This document shows positions 28,501 to 42,100 of a stretch of 64,000 nucleotides of DNA, piece by piece. Source of the DNA: the human T2T-CHM13v2.0 reference genome, Homo sapiens. The notes below the pieces were generated by a model, which saw only the letters and a program-made list of their open reading frames with translations, had not been told where the DNA came from and ran no database searches. Both the position numbers and the translations under genes were made by a program. The stretch is taken from assembly GCF_009914755.1 (NCBI RefSeq), contig NC_060933.1, one strand, 5' to 3'. Each line of letters opens with the position of its first letter. Position 1 is the first letter of the stretch.

Positions 28501-30515
28501 GTTTGCACTCGTGTTGATTCCATGGCATTGCATTCCATTCCATTCCATTCCATTCCATTCCATTCCATTCCTTTCCATTCCATTCCATTCCATTCGGATT
28601 CATTCTATTCAATTCCCTTACACTCCATTACATTACATTCCATTCCGGTTGTTCCATTCCATTCCATTCCATTCCACTCCATTCCATTGCACTGGGGTTG
28701 ATTCCATTCCATTCCTTTCCATTCCTTTCCATTCCATTCCGGATGATTCCATTCCATTGCATTCCGTTCCATTCCATTCCCCTGCAGTCGCGTTGATTCC
28801 ATTCCACTCCATTCCATTCCATTCCATTCCATTCCATTCCATTCCATTGTACTCGGGTTGATTCCATTCCATTGCATTCCATTCCATTCCATTCCATTCC
28901 ATTCCATTCCATTCCATTCCATTCCGTTGCTTTCCCTTCCATTACATTCGGATTGATTCTATTCAACTCCCTTACTCTCCATTACATTCCATTCCATTCG
29001 GGTTCTTCCATTCCATTCCATTCCATTCCACTCCATTCCATTGCACTCGGGTTGATTCCATTCCATTCCATTCCATTCCATTCATTCCGGATGATTCCAT
29101 TCCATTGCATTCCGTTCCATTACATTCCCCTGCACTCTCGTTGATTCCATTCCATTCCATTCCATTCCATTCAATTCCATTCCATTACAATTCGTTCCAT
29201 TCCATTCTATTCCGTACCATTCCATTCCATTCCATACCATTCCATTCCATTCCATTCCATTCCATTCCATTCCGTTCCATTCCGTTCCATTCCATTCCAT
29301 TCCATTCTATTCGGGTTAATTCCATTCCATTCCATTCCGTTCCATTCCATTCCATTCCATTCCATTGCATTCCATTCCGGTCCATTCCGTTCCATTCCAT
29401 TCCATTCCATTCTATTCGGGTTAATTCCATTCCATTCCATTCCATTCCGTTCCATTCCATTCCATTCTATTCCATTCCATGGCAATCGAGTTGAATCCAT
29501 TGCATTTCATTCCATTCCATTCCATTCCATTCCAATCAAGTTGATTCCATTCCATTCCATTCCATTCCATTCCATTCCATTCCATTCCATTTCATTCCAT
29601 TACAATCGAGTTGATTCCATTCCATTCCATTCCATTCCAGTCGTTTCCATTCCATTCCACTCGGGTTGATTCCATTCCATTGCATTCCATTCCATTCCAT
29701 TTCATTCCATTCCATTCCTTTCCATTCCATTCCATTCCATTGCAATCGGGTTGATTCCACTCCATTCCTTTCCATTCCATTCCATTGCCTTGCATTCTAC
29801 TCGGGTTGATTCCATTCCCTTCTTTCCACTCCATTACATTCCCTTCCATTCCACTCAGAATGATTGATTCCATTCCATTGCATTCCATTTCATTGCATTG
29901 CAATCCATTCCAATCCATTCCATTCCATTCCATTCCACTCGAGTTGATTTCATTCCATTCCTTTCCATTCCATTCCATTCCTTTCCACTCGAGTTGATTC
30001 CATTCCATTCCATTCCATTGCATTCCATTCCATGCCATTCCACTCGGGTTGATTCCATTCCATTCCATTCCGTTCCATTCCATTCCATTCCATTCCATTG
30101 CATTCCATTCCATTCCTTTCCCCTGCACTCGGGTTGATTCCATTCCTTTCCATTCCATTTAATTCCATTCCATTCCATTCCATTCCATTCCAATCCGTTC
30201 CATTCCATTCCATTCTATTCCATTGCAATCGACTTGATTCCATTCCATTCCATTCCATTCCATTCCATTCCATTCCATTTTGTTCCAATCCATTCTATTC
30301 CGAACCATTCCATTCCATTCCATTCCATTCCATTCCATTCCATGCCATTCCACTCGGGTTGATTCCATTCCTTTCCATTCCATTAGGGTTGAATCCATTC
30401 CACTCCATTCCATTCCATTCGAATCCATTCCATTACACTCGGGTTGATTCCATTCCATTCCATTCCATTCGATTCCATTCCATTCCATTCCATTCCGTTC
30501 CATTCCATTTCATTA
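22516..30515 (+). repeat. ~8 kb higher-order repeat, copy 3 (8000 bp)
   Basis: Same ordered markers: CATTCAGATT 22516 to 30516, CTGCAG 28782, CAGAATGATTG 29856. Confidence 0.9.
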
Positions 30516-32100
30516 CATTCAGATTGATTCTATTCAATTCCCTTACACTCCATTATATTCCAATCCATTCTGTTTGTTTCCATTCCATTCCATTCCATTT
30601 CACTCCATTCCATTGCACTCGGTTTGATTCCATTCCATTCCATTCCATTCCATTCCGGATGATTCCATTCCATTGCATTCCATTCCATTCCATTCCCCTG
30701 CACTCAGGTTGATTCCATTCCATTCCATTCCACTCCATTCGGTTCTGTTCCATTCCATTCTATTGCATTCCATTCTATTCGGGTTAATTCCATTCCATTC
30801 TATTCCATTCCATTCCATTCCATTCCATTGCAATGGAGTTGATTCCATTCCATTCCATTCCATTCCGGATGATTCCATTCCATTGCATTCCATTCCATTC
30901 CATTACCCTGCACTCGTGTTGATTCCATTACCTTCCATTCCATTCCATTCCGTTCCATTCCATTGCATTCCATTCTATTCCGGTTAATTCCATTCCATTC
31001 CATTCCATTCCATTCCATTCCATTCCATTCCATTGTAATCGAGTTGATTCCATTCCATTCCTTTCCATTCCATTCCATTGCCTTGCATTCCAATCGGGTT
31101 GATTCCATTCCCTTCTTTCCACTCCATTACATTCCCTTCCATTCCACTCGGAATGATTGATTCCATTCCATTCCATTCCATTTCATTCCGTTGCAATCCA
31201 TTCCAATCCATTCCATTCCATTCCATTCCACTCGAGTTGATTTCCTTCCATTCCTTTCCATTCCATTCCATTCCTTTCCACTCGAGTTGATTCCATTCCC
31301 TTCCATTCCATTGCATTCCTTTCCTTGCCATTCAACTCGGGTTGATTCCATTCCTTTGCATTCCATTCCATTCCATTCCGTTGCATTCCATTCCATTACA
31401 TTCGGATTGATTCTATTCAACTCACTTACTCTCCATTACATTCCATTCCATTCGGGTTGTTCCATTCCATTCCATTCCATTCCACTCCATTCCATTGCAC
31501 TCGGGTTGATTCCATTGCATTCCATTCCATTCCATTCCATTCCGGATGATTCCATTCCATTGCATTCCGTTCCATTACATTCCCCTGCACTCGCGTTGAT
31601 TCCATTCCATTCCATTCCATTCCATTCCATTCAATTCCATTCCATTACAATTCGTTCCATTCCATTCTATTCCGTACCATTCCATTCCATTCCATACCAT
31701 TCCATTCCATTCCATTCCATTCCATTCCATTCCGTTCCATTCCGTTCCATTCCATTCCATTCCATTCCATTCCATTCTATTCGGGTTAATTCCATTCCAT
31801 TCCATTCCATTCCATTCTATTCCATTCCATTGCAATCGAGTTGAATCCATTGCATTTCATTCCATTCCATTCCATTCCATTCCATTCCGGAAGATTCCAT
31901 TCCATTGCATTCCATTCCATTCCATTCCCCTGTACTCGGGTTGATTCCATTCCATTGCATTCCAATCCATGCCCTTCCACTCGTGTTGATTCCATTCTTT
32001 CCATTCCATTCAAGTTGAATCCATTCCATTGCATTCCATTCCATTCGATTCCATTCGATTGCACTCGGGTTGATTCCATTCCATTGCATTCAATTCCATT
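30516..32100 (+). repeat. Truncated HOR copy 4 (first ~1.6 kb only)
   Basis: HOR order holds through GGAATGATTGA 31150 and CAACTCACTT 31418, includes a ~290 bp deletion near 31930, then is lost after the pHuR98-like module. Confidence 0.75.
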
Positions 32101-35100
32101 CCATTCCATTGCATTCCATTCCATTCCATTCCATTCCATTCCGTTCCATTCCATTTCATTACATTCAGATTGATTCTATTCAATTCCCTTACACTCCTTT
32201 ATATTCCAATCCATTCTGGTTGTCTCCATTCCATTCCATTCCATTTCACTCCATTCCATTGCACTCGGGTTGATTCCATTCCATTCCATTCCATTGCATT
32301 CCATTCCATTCCATTCCGGATGATTCCATTCCATTGCATTCCATTCCATTCCATTCCCCTGCACTCGGGTTGACTCCATTCCATTCCGTTACATTACATT
32401 CCGTACCATTCCATTCCATTCCATTCGGATTGATTCTATTCAATTCCCTTACACTCCATTACATTCCATTCCATTCGGGTAGTTTCCATTCCATTCCATT
32501 CCATTCCTCTCCATTCCATTGCACTCGGGTTGATTCCATTCCATTCCATTCCATTCCATTCCATTACATTACATTCCATTCCATTCCGTTCCATTGTACT
32601 CGGGTTGATTCCATTCCATTGCATTCCATTCCATTCCATTCCATTCCATTCCATTACATTCCGTTCCATTCCATTACATTCGGATTGATTCTATTCAACT
32701 CCCTTACTCTCCATTACATTCCATTCCATTCGGGTTGTTCCATTCCATTCCATTCCATTCCACTCCATTCCATTGCGCTCGGGTTGATTCCATTCCATTC
32801 CATTCCATTCCATTCCATTCCGGATGATTCCATTCCATTGCATTCCGTTCCATTTCATTCCCCTGCACTCGGGTTGATTCCATTCCATTCCATTCCATTC
32901 CATTCCATTCCCTTCCATTCGATTCCATTCCATTCCAATTCTTTCCATTCCATTCTATTCCGTACCATTCCATTCCATTCCATACAATTCCATTCCATTC
33001 CATTCCACTCCGTTCCATTCCGTTCCGTTCTGTTCCGTTCCATTCCATTCCATTCCATTCTATTCGGTTTAATTCCATTCCATTCCATTCCATTCCATTC
33101 CATTCTATTCCATTCCATTGCAATCGAGTTGAATCCATTGCATTCCGTTCCATTCCATTCCATTCCATTCCATTCCATTCCGGAAGATTCCATTCCATTG
33201 CATTCCATTCCATTCCATTCCATACCATTCCATTCCATTGTACTCGGGTTGATTCCATTCCATTGCATTGCATTCCATTCCATTCCATTCCATTCCGTTC
33301 CGTTCCATTCCATTCCATTACATTCGGATTGATTCTTTTCAATTCCCTTACACTCCATTACATTCCATTCCATTCGGGTAGTTTGCATTCCATTCCATTA
33401 CATTCCTCTCCATTCCATTGAACTCGGGTTGATTCCATTCCATTGCATTCCATTCCATTCCATTCAATTCCATTTCCTTCCATTCCATTCCATTACATTC
33501 GGATTGATTCTATTCAACTCCCTTACTCTCCATTACATTCCATTCCATTCGGGTTGTTCCATTCCATTCCATTCCATTCCACTGCATTCCATTGCACTCG
33601 GGTTTATTCCATTCCATTCCATTCCATTCCATTCCGGAAGATTCCATTCCATTTCATTCCATTCCATTCCATTCCCTTGCACTCGCGTTGATTCCATTCC
33701 TTTCCATTCCATTCCATTCCACTCCATTCCTTTCCGTTCCATTCCATTCCATTCCATTCCATTCCAATGCATTCCTTTCCGTTCCGTTCCGTTCCATTCC
33801 ATTCCATTCCATTCTATTCGGGTTAATTCCATTCCATTCCGTTCGATTGCAATCGAGTTGATTCCATTCCATTCCATTCCATTCCATTCCATTCCATTCC
33901 TTTCCATTCCATTACGGATGATTCCATTCCATTGCATTCCATTCCATTCCATTCTCCTGTACTCGGGTTTATTCCATTCCATTCCATTCCAATCCATGCC
34001 ATTCCACTCGTGTTGATTCCATTCTTTCCATTCCATTCAAGTTGAATCCATTGCATTGCATTCCATTCCATTCGATTCCATTCGTTTGCACTCGGGTTGA
34101 TTCCATTCCATTGCATTCCATTCCATTCCATTCCATTCCATTCCATTCCATTCCGTTCCATTCCATTCCATTACATTCGGATTGATTCTATTCAATTCCC
34201 TTACACTCCATTACATTCCATTCCATTCGGGTAGTTTCCATTCCATTCCATTTCATTCCTCTCCATTCCATTGAACTCGGGTTGATTCCATTCCATTGCA
34301 TTCCATTCAATTCCATTCAATTCCATTCCGTTCCATTCCATTCCATTACATTCGGATTGATTCTATTCAACTCCCTTACTCTCCATTACATTCCATTCCA
34401 TTCGGGTTGTTCTATTCCATTCCATTCCATTCCACTCCATTCCATTGCAGTCGGGTTTATTCCATTCCATTCCATTCCATTCCTTTCCGGAAGATTCCAT
34501 TCCATTGCATTCCATTCCATTCCATTCCCTTGCACTCGCGTTGATTCCATTCCATTCCATTCCATTCCATTCCATTCCATTCCATTCCTTTCCGTTCCAT
34601 TCCTTTCCATTCCATTCCATTCCAATGCATTCCATTCCGTTCCGTTCCGTTCCATTCCATTCCATTCCATTCTATTCGGGTTAATTCCATTCCATTCCGT
34701 TCGATTGCAATCGAGTTGATTCCATTCCATTCCATTCCATTCCATTCCATTCCATTCCATTCCTTTCCATTCCATTACGGATGATTCCATTCCATTGCAT
34801 TCCATTCCATTCCATTCCATTCCCCTGTACTCGGGTTGATTCCATTCCATTCCATTCCAATCCATGCCATTCCACTCGTGTTGATTCCATTCTTTCCATT
34901 CCATTCAAGTTGAATCCATTCCATTGCATGCCATTCCACTCCTGTTGATTCCATTCTTTCCATTCCATTCAAGTTGAATCCATTCCATTGCCTTCCATTC
35001 CATTCCATTCCCCTGCAGTCGGGTTGTTTCCATTCCATTCCGTTCCATTCAATTCCATTCCATTCCTTTCCGTTCCATTCCATTCCATTCCATTCTATTC

Positions 35101-38100
35101 GGGTTAATTCCATTCCATTCCATTCCATTCCATTCCATTCCATTCCATTCCAATCGAGTTGATTCCATTCCATTCCATTCCATTCCATTCCACTCCATTC
35201 CAGTCCTTTCCATTCCATTCCACTCGGGTTGATTCGAATGTATTCCTTTCCATTCCATTCCATTCCGTTGCAATCGAGTTGATTCCATTGCTTTGCATTC
35301 CATTCCATTCCATTCCATTCCGGATGATTCCATTCCATTGCATTCCATTCCATTCCATTCCCCTGCACTCGGGTTGATTCCATTCCATTCCACTCCATTC
35401 CGTTTCATTCCATTCCATTGCATTGTATTCGGGTTAATTCCATTCCATTCCATTCCATTCCATTCCATTCCATTCCATTCCATTCCATTCCATTACAATC
35501 GAGTTGATTCCATTCCATTCCATTCCATTCCAGTCCTTTCAATTCCATTCCACTCGGGTGGATTCCATTCTATTACTTTCCATTCCATTCCATTCCCTTC
35601 CATTCCACTTTGGTTGATTCCATTCCTTTCCATTCCACTCGAATACATTCCCTCCTATTGCACTCGGAACGATTCCATTCCATTCCATTCCATTCCATTC
35701 CATTCCATTCCATTCCATTTCATTCCATTCCATTCTATTCCGTATCATTCCATTCCATTCCATTCCATTCCATTCCATTCCATTCCATTCCATTGTACTC
35801 GGGTTGATTCAATTCCATTGCATTCCATTCCATTCCATTCCATTCCATTCCGTTGCATTCCATTCCATTACATTCGGATTGATTTTATTAAACTCCCTTA
35901 CTCTCCATTACATTCCATTACATTCGGGTTGTTCCATTCCATTCCATTCCATTCCACTCCATTCCATTGCTCTCGGGTTGATTCCATTCCATTCCATTCC
36001 ATTCCATTCCGGAAGATTCCATTCCATTGCATTCCATTCCATTCCATTCCCTTGCACTCGCGTTGATTCCATTCCATTCCATTCCATTCCATTCCATTCC
36101 ATTCCATTCCTTTTCGTTCCGTTCCATTCCATTCCATTCCATTCTATTCGGGTTAATTCCATTCCATTCCGTTCGATTGCAATCGAGTTGATTCCATTCC
36201 ATTCCATTCCATTCCATTCCATTCCTTTCCATTCCATTACGGATGATTCCATTCCATTGCATTCCATTCCATTCCATTCCCCTGTACTCGGGTTGATTCC
36301 ATTCCATTCCATTCCAATCCATGCCATTCCACTCGTGTTGATTCCATTCTTTCCATTCCATTCAAGTTGAATCCATTCCATTGCATTCCATTCCATTCCA
36401 TTCCCCTGCAGTCGGGTTGTTTCCATTCCATTCCATTCCATTCCATTCCATTCCGTTCCGTTCCATTCCATTCCATTCCATTCCATTCTATTCGGGTTAA
36501 TTCCATACCATTCCATTCCATTCCATTCTATTCCATTCCATTGCAATCGAGTTGAATCCATTGCATTTCATTCCATTCCATTCCATTCCATTCCATTCCA
36601 TTCCGGAAGATTCCATTCCATTGCATTCCATTCCATTCCATTCCCCTGCACTCGCGTTGATTCCATTCCATTCCATTCCATTCCATTCCGTTCCGTTCCG
36701 TTCCGTTCCATTCCATTCCATTCCATTCCATTCCGTTCCGTTCCATTCCATTCCATTCCATTCTATTCGGGTTAATTCAATTCCATTCCATTCGATTGCA
36801 ATCGAGTTGATTCCATTCCATTCCATTCCATTCCATTCCATTCCATTCCATTCCATTCCATTACGGATGATTCCATTCCATTTCATTCCATTCCATTCCA
36901 TTCCCCTGTACTCGGGTTGATTCCATTCCATTCCATTCCAATCCATGCCATTCCACTCGTGTTGATTCCATTCTTTCCATTCCATTCAAGTTGAATCCAT
37001 TCCATTGCATTCCATTCCATTCGATTCCATTCGATTGCACTCGGGTTGATTCCATTCCATTGCATTCCATTCCATTCCATTCCATTCCATTCCATTCCAT
37101 TCCATTCCGTTCCATTCCATTCGATTACATTCGGATTGATTCTATTCAATTTCCTTATACTCCATTACATTCTATTCCATTCGGGTAGTTTCCATTCCAT
37201 TCCATTCCATTCCTCTCCATTCCATTGCACTCGGGTTGATTCCATTCCATTGCATTCCATTCCATTCCATTCAATTCCATTCCGTTCCATTCCATTCCAT
37301 TACATTCGGATTGATTCTATTCAACTCCCTTACTCTCCATTACATTCCATTCCATTCGGGTTGTTCCATTCCATTCCATTCCACTCCACTCCATTCCATT
37401 GCACTCGGGTTGATTCCATTCCATTCCATTCCATTCCATTCCACTCCATTCCAGTCCTTTCCATTCCATTCCACTCGGGTTGATTCCAATGTATTCCTTT
37501 CCATTCCATTCCATTCCATTGCAATCGAGTTGATTCCATTGCTTTGCATTCCATTCCATTCCATTCCATTCCGGATGATTCCATTTCATTGCATTCCATT
37601 CCATTCCATTCCCCTGCACTCGTGTTGATTCCATTCCATTCCACTCCATTCCGTTCCATTCCATTCCATTGCATTGTATTCGGGTTAATTCCATTCCATT
37701 CCATTCCATTCCATTCCATTCCATGCCATTCCACTCGGGTTAATTCCATACCTTTGCATTCCATTCCATTGCATTCCATTCCATTCCATTCCTCTCCATT
37801 CCATTGCACTCGGGTTGATTCCATTCCATTGCATTCCATTGCATTCCATTCCATTCCATTCCGTTGCATTCCACTCCATTACATTCGGATTGATTCTATT
37901 CAACTCCCTTACTCTCCATTACATTCCATTCCATTCGGGTTGTTCCATTCCATTCCATTCCATTCCACTCCATTCCATTGCACTCGGGTTGATTCCATTC
38001 CATTCCATTCCATTCCACTCCATTCCATTCCACTCGGGTTGATTCCATTCTATTCCTTTCCATTCCATTCCATTCCATTGCAATCGAGTTGATTCCATTG

Positions 38101-38150
38101 CTTTGCATTCCATTCCATTAAATTCCATTCCGGATGATTCCATTCCATTC
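32101..38150 (+). repeat. Divergent non-HOR HSat3 block related to window 1-6650
   Basis: Shares private markers with the window start (CAATTCTTTCC 32936, TCGGTTTAAT 33064, AATGTATTCC 35237/37488, TTGCTTTGC 35288/37539/38098) and contains a local 853 bp tandem duplication. Confidence 0.75.
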
Positions 38151-39133
38151 CATTCCATTCCATTCCATTCCATTCCATTCCAGTCAAGTTGATTCCATTC
38201 CATTCCATTCCATTCCATTCCATTCCATTCCATTACATTCGAGTTGATTCCATTCCATTCCATTCCATTCCAGTCCTTTCCATTCCATTCCACTCGGGTT
38301 GATTCCATTCCATTGCATTCCATTGCATTCCATTTCATTCCATTCCACTCCTTTCCATTCCATTCCATTCCATTGCAATCGGGTTGATTCCACTCCATTC
38401 CTTTCCATTCCATTCCATTGCCTTGCATTCTACTCGGGTTGATTCCATTCCCTTCTTTCCACTCCATTACATTCCCTTCCATTCCACTCAGAATGATTGA
38501 TTCCATTCCATTGCATTCCATTTCATTCCATTGCAATCCATTCCAATCCATTCCATTCCATTCCATTCCACTCGAGTTGATTTCATTCCATTCCTTTCCA
38601 TTCCATTCCATTCCTTTCCACTCGAGTTGATTCCATTCCATTCCATTCCATTGCATTCCATTCCATGCCATTCCACTCGGGTTGATTCCATTCCATTCCA
38701 TTCCATTCCATTCCATTCCATTCCATTGCATTCCATTCCATTCCTTTCCCCTGCACTCGGGTTGATTCCATTCCTTTCCATTCCATTTAATTCCATTCCA
38801 TTCCATTCCATTCCATTCCAATCCGTTCCATTCCATTCCATTCTATTCCATTACAATCGACTTGATTCCATTCCATTACATTCCATTCCATTCCATTCCA
38901 TTCCATTTTGTTCCAATCCATTCTATTCCGAACCATTCCATTCCATTCCATTCCCTTCCATGCCATTCCACTCAGGTTGATTCCATTCCTTTCCATTCCA
39001 TTCGGGTTGAATCCATTCCACTCCATTCCATTCCATTCGAATCCATTCCATTGCACTCGGGTTGATTCCATTCCATTCCATTCCATTCGATTCCATTCCA
39101 TTCCATTCCATTCCGTTCCATTCCATTTCTTTA
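38151..39133 (+). repeat. Terminal ~1 kb of an HOR unit (resumption of HOR order)
   Basis: TCAAGTTG 38184, CAGAATGATTG 38489, CCATTTAATT 38783 and CCGAACC 38928 appear in the same order as 21530-22515. Confidence 0.75.
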
Positions 39134-42100
39134 CATTCAGATTGATTCTATTCAATTCCCTTACACTCCATTATATTCCAATCCATTCTGGTTGTTTCCA
39201 TTCCATTCCATTCCATTTCTCTCCATTCCATTGCACTCGGTTTGATTCCATTCCATTCCATTCCATTCCATTCCGGATGATTCCATTGCATTGCATTCCA
39301 TTCCATTCCGTTCCCCTGCACTCAGGTTGATTCCATTCCATTCCATTCCACTCCATTCGGTTCTGTTCCATTCCATTCTATTGCATTCCATTCTATTCGG
39401 GTTAATTCCATTCCATTCTATTCCATTCCATTCCATTCCATTCCATTGAAATGGAGTTGATTCCATTCCATTCCATTCCATTCCGGATGATTCCATTCCA
39501 TTGCATTCCATTCCATTCCATTACCCTGCACTCGTGTTGATTCCATTACCTTCCATTCCATTCCAATCCGTTCCATTCCATTGCATTCCATTCTATTCCG
39601 GTTAATTCAATTCCATTCCATTCCATTCCATTCCATTCCATTCCATTCCATTCCATTCCATTCCATTGTAATCGAGTTAATTCCATTCCATTCCTTTCCA
39701 TTCCATTCCATTTCCTTGCATTCCCATCGGGTTGATTCCATTCCCTTCTTTCCACTCCATTACATTCCCTTCCATTCCACTCGGAATGATTGATTCCATT
39801 CCATTCCATTCCATTTCATTCCGTTGCAATCCATTCCAATCCATTCCATTCCATTCCATTCCACTCGAGTTGATTTCCTTCCATTCCTTTCCATTCCATT
39901 AAATTCCTTTCCACTCGAGTTGATTCCATTCCCTTCCATTCCATTGCATTCCTTTCCTTGCCATTCAACTCGGGTTGATTCCATTCCTTTGCATTCCATT
40001 CCATTCCATTCCATTCCATTCCATTCCATTCCATTCCGTTGCATTCCATTGCATTACATTCGGATTGATTCTATTCAACTCACTTACTCTCCATTACATT
40101 CCATTCCATTCAGGTTGTTCCATTCCATTCCATTCCATTCCACTCCATTCCATTGCACTCGGGTTGATTCCATTCCATTCCATTCCATTCCATTCCGGAT
40201 GATTCCATTCCATTGCATTCCGTTCCATTACATTCCCCTGCACTCGCGTTGATTCCATTCCATTCCATTCCATTCCATTCAATTCCATTCCATTAGAATT
40301 CGTTCCATTCCATTCTATTCCGTACCATTCCATTGCATTCCATACCATTCCATTCCATTCCATTCCATTCCATTCCATTCCGTTCCATTCCGTTCCATTC
40401 CATTCCATTCCATTCCATTCTATTCGGGTTAATTCCATTCCATTCCATTCCATTCCATTCTATTCCATTCCATTGCAATCGAGTTGAATCCATTGCATTT
40501 CATTCCATTCCATTCCATTCCATTCCATTCCGGAAGTTTCCATTCCATTGCATTCCATTCCATTCCATTCCCCTGCACTCGCGTTGATTCCATTCCATGC
40601 CATTCCATTCCATTCCATTCCATTCCATTCCGTTCCGTTCCGTTCCGTTCCGTTCCGTTACATTCCATTCCATTCCATCCCATTCCATTCCTTTCCGTTC
40701 CATTCCATTCCATTCCATTCTATTCGGGTTAATTCCATTCCATTCCATTCGATTGCAATCGTGTTGATTCCATTCCATTCCATTCCATTCCATTCCATTC
40801 CATTCCATTCCATTCCTTTCCATTCCATTACGGATGATTCCATTCCATTGCATTCCATTCCATTCCATTCCCCTGTACTCGGGTTGATTCCATTCCATTG
40901 CATTCCAATCCATGCCCTTCCACTCGTGTTGATTCCATTCTTTCCATTCCATTCTAGTTGAATCCATTCCATTGCATTCCATTTCATTCGATTCCATTCG
41001 ATTGCACTCGGGTTGATTCCATTCCATTGCATTCCATTCCATTCCATTCCGTTCCATTCCATTCCATTACATTCGGATTGATTCTATTCAATTCCCTTAC
41101 ACTCCATTATATTCCATTCCATTCGGGTTGATTCCATTCCATTCCATTCCATTCCATTCCATTCCATTCCATTACAATCGAGTTGATTCCATTCCATTCC
41201 ATTCCATTCCAGTCCTTTCCATTCCATTCCACTAGGGTTGATTCCATTCTATTAGTTTCCATTCCATTCCATTTCCTTCCATTCCACTCTGGTTGATTCC
41301 ATTCCTTTCCATTCCACTCGAATACATTCCCTCCTATTCCACTCGGAACGATTCCATTCCATTCCATTCCATTCCATTCCATTCCATTCCATTCCATTTC
41401 GTTCCATTCCATTCTATTCCGTATCATTCCATTCCATTCCATTCCATTCCATTCCATTCCATTCCATTCCATTGTACTCGGGTTGATTCCATTGCATTCC
41501 ATTCCACTCCATTCGATTCCATTCCATTCCCCTGCACTCGCGTTGATTCCATTCCATTCCATACCATTCCATTCCATTCCATTCCATTCCTTTCCATTCC
41601 ATTCCTTTCCATTCCAGTCCTTTCCATTCCATTCCACTCGGGTTGATTCCATTCTATTAGTTTCTATTCCATTCCATTCCCTTCCATTCCACTCTGGTTG
41701 ATTCCATTCCTTTCCATTCCACTCGAATACATTCCCTCCTATTCCACTCGGAACGATTCCATTCCATTCCATTCCATTCCATTCCATTCCATTCCATTCC
41801 ATTCCATTCCATTTCGTTGCATTCCATTCTATTCCGTATCATTCCCTTCCATTCCATTCCATTCCATTCCATTCCACTCGTGTTGATTCCATTCCTTTCC
41901 ATTCCATTCGGGTTGAAGGCATTCCATTCCATTCCATTCCATTCCATTCCATTCCATTCAATTGTACTCGGGTTGATTCCATTCCATTGCATTCCATTCC
42001 ATTCCATTCCATTCCATTCCGTTGCATTCCATTCCATTACATTCGGATTGATTCTATTCAACTCCCTTACTCTCCATTACATTCCATTCCATTCGGGTTG

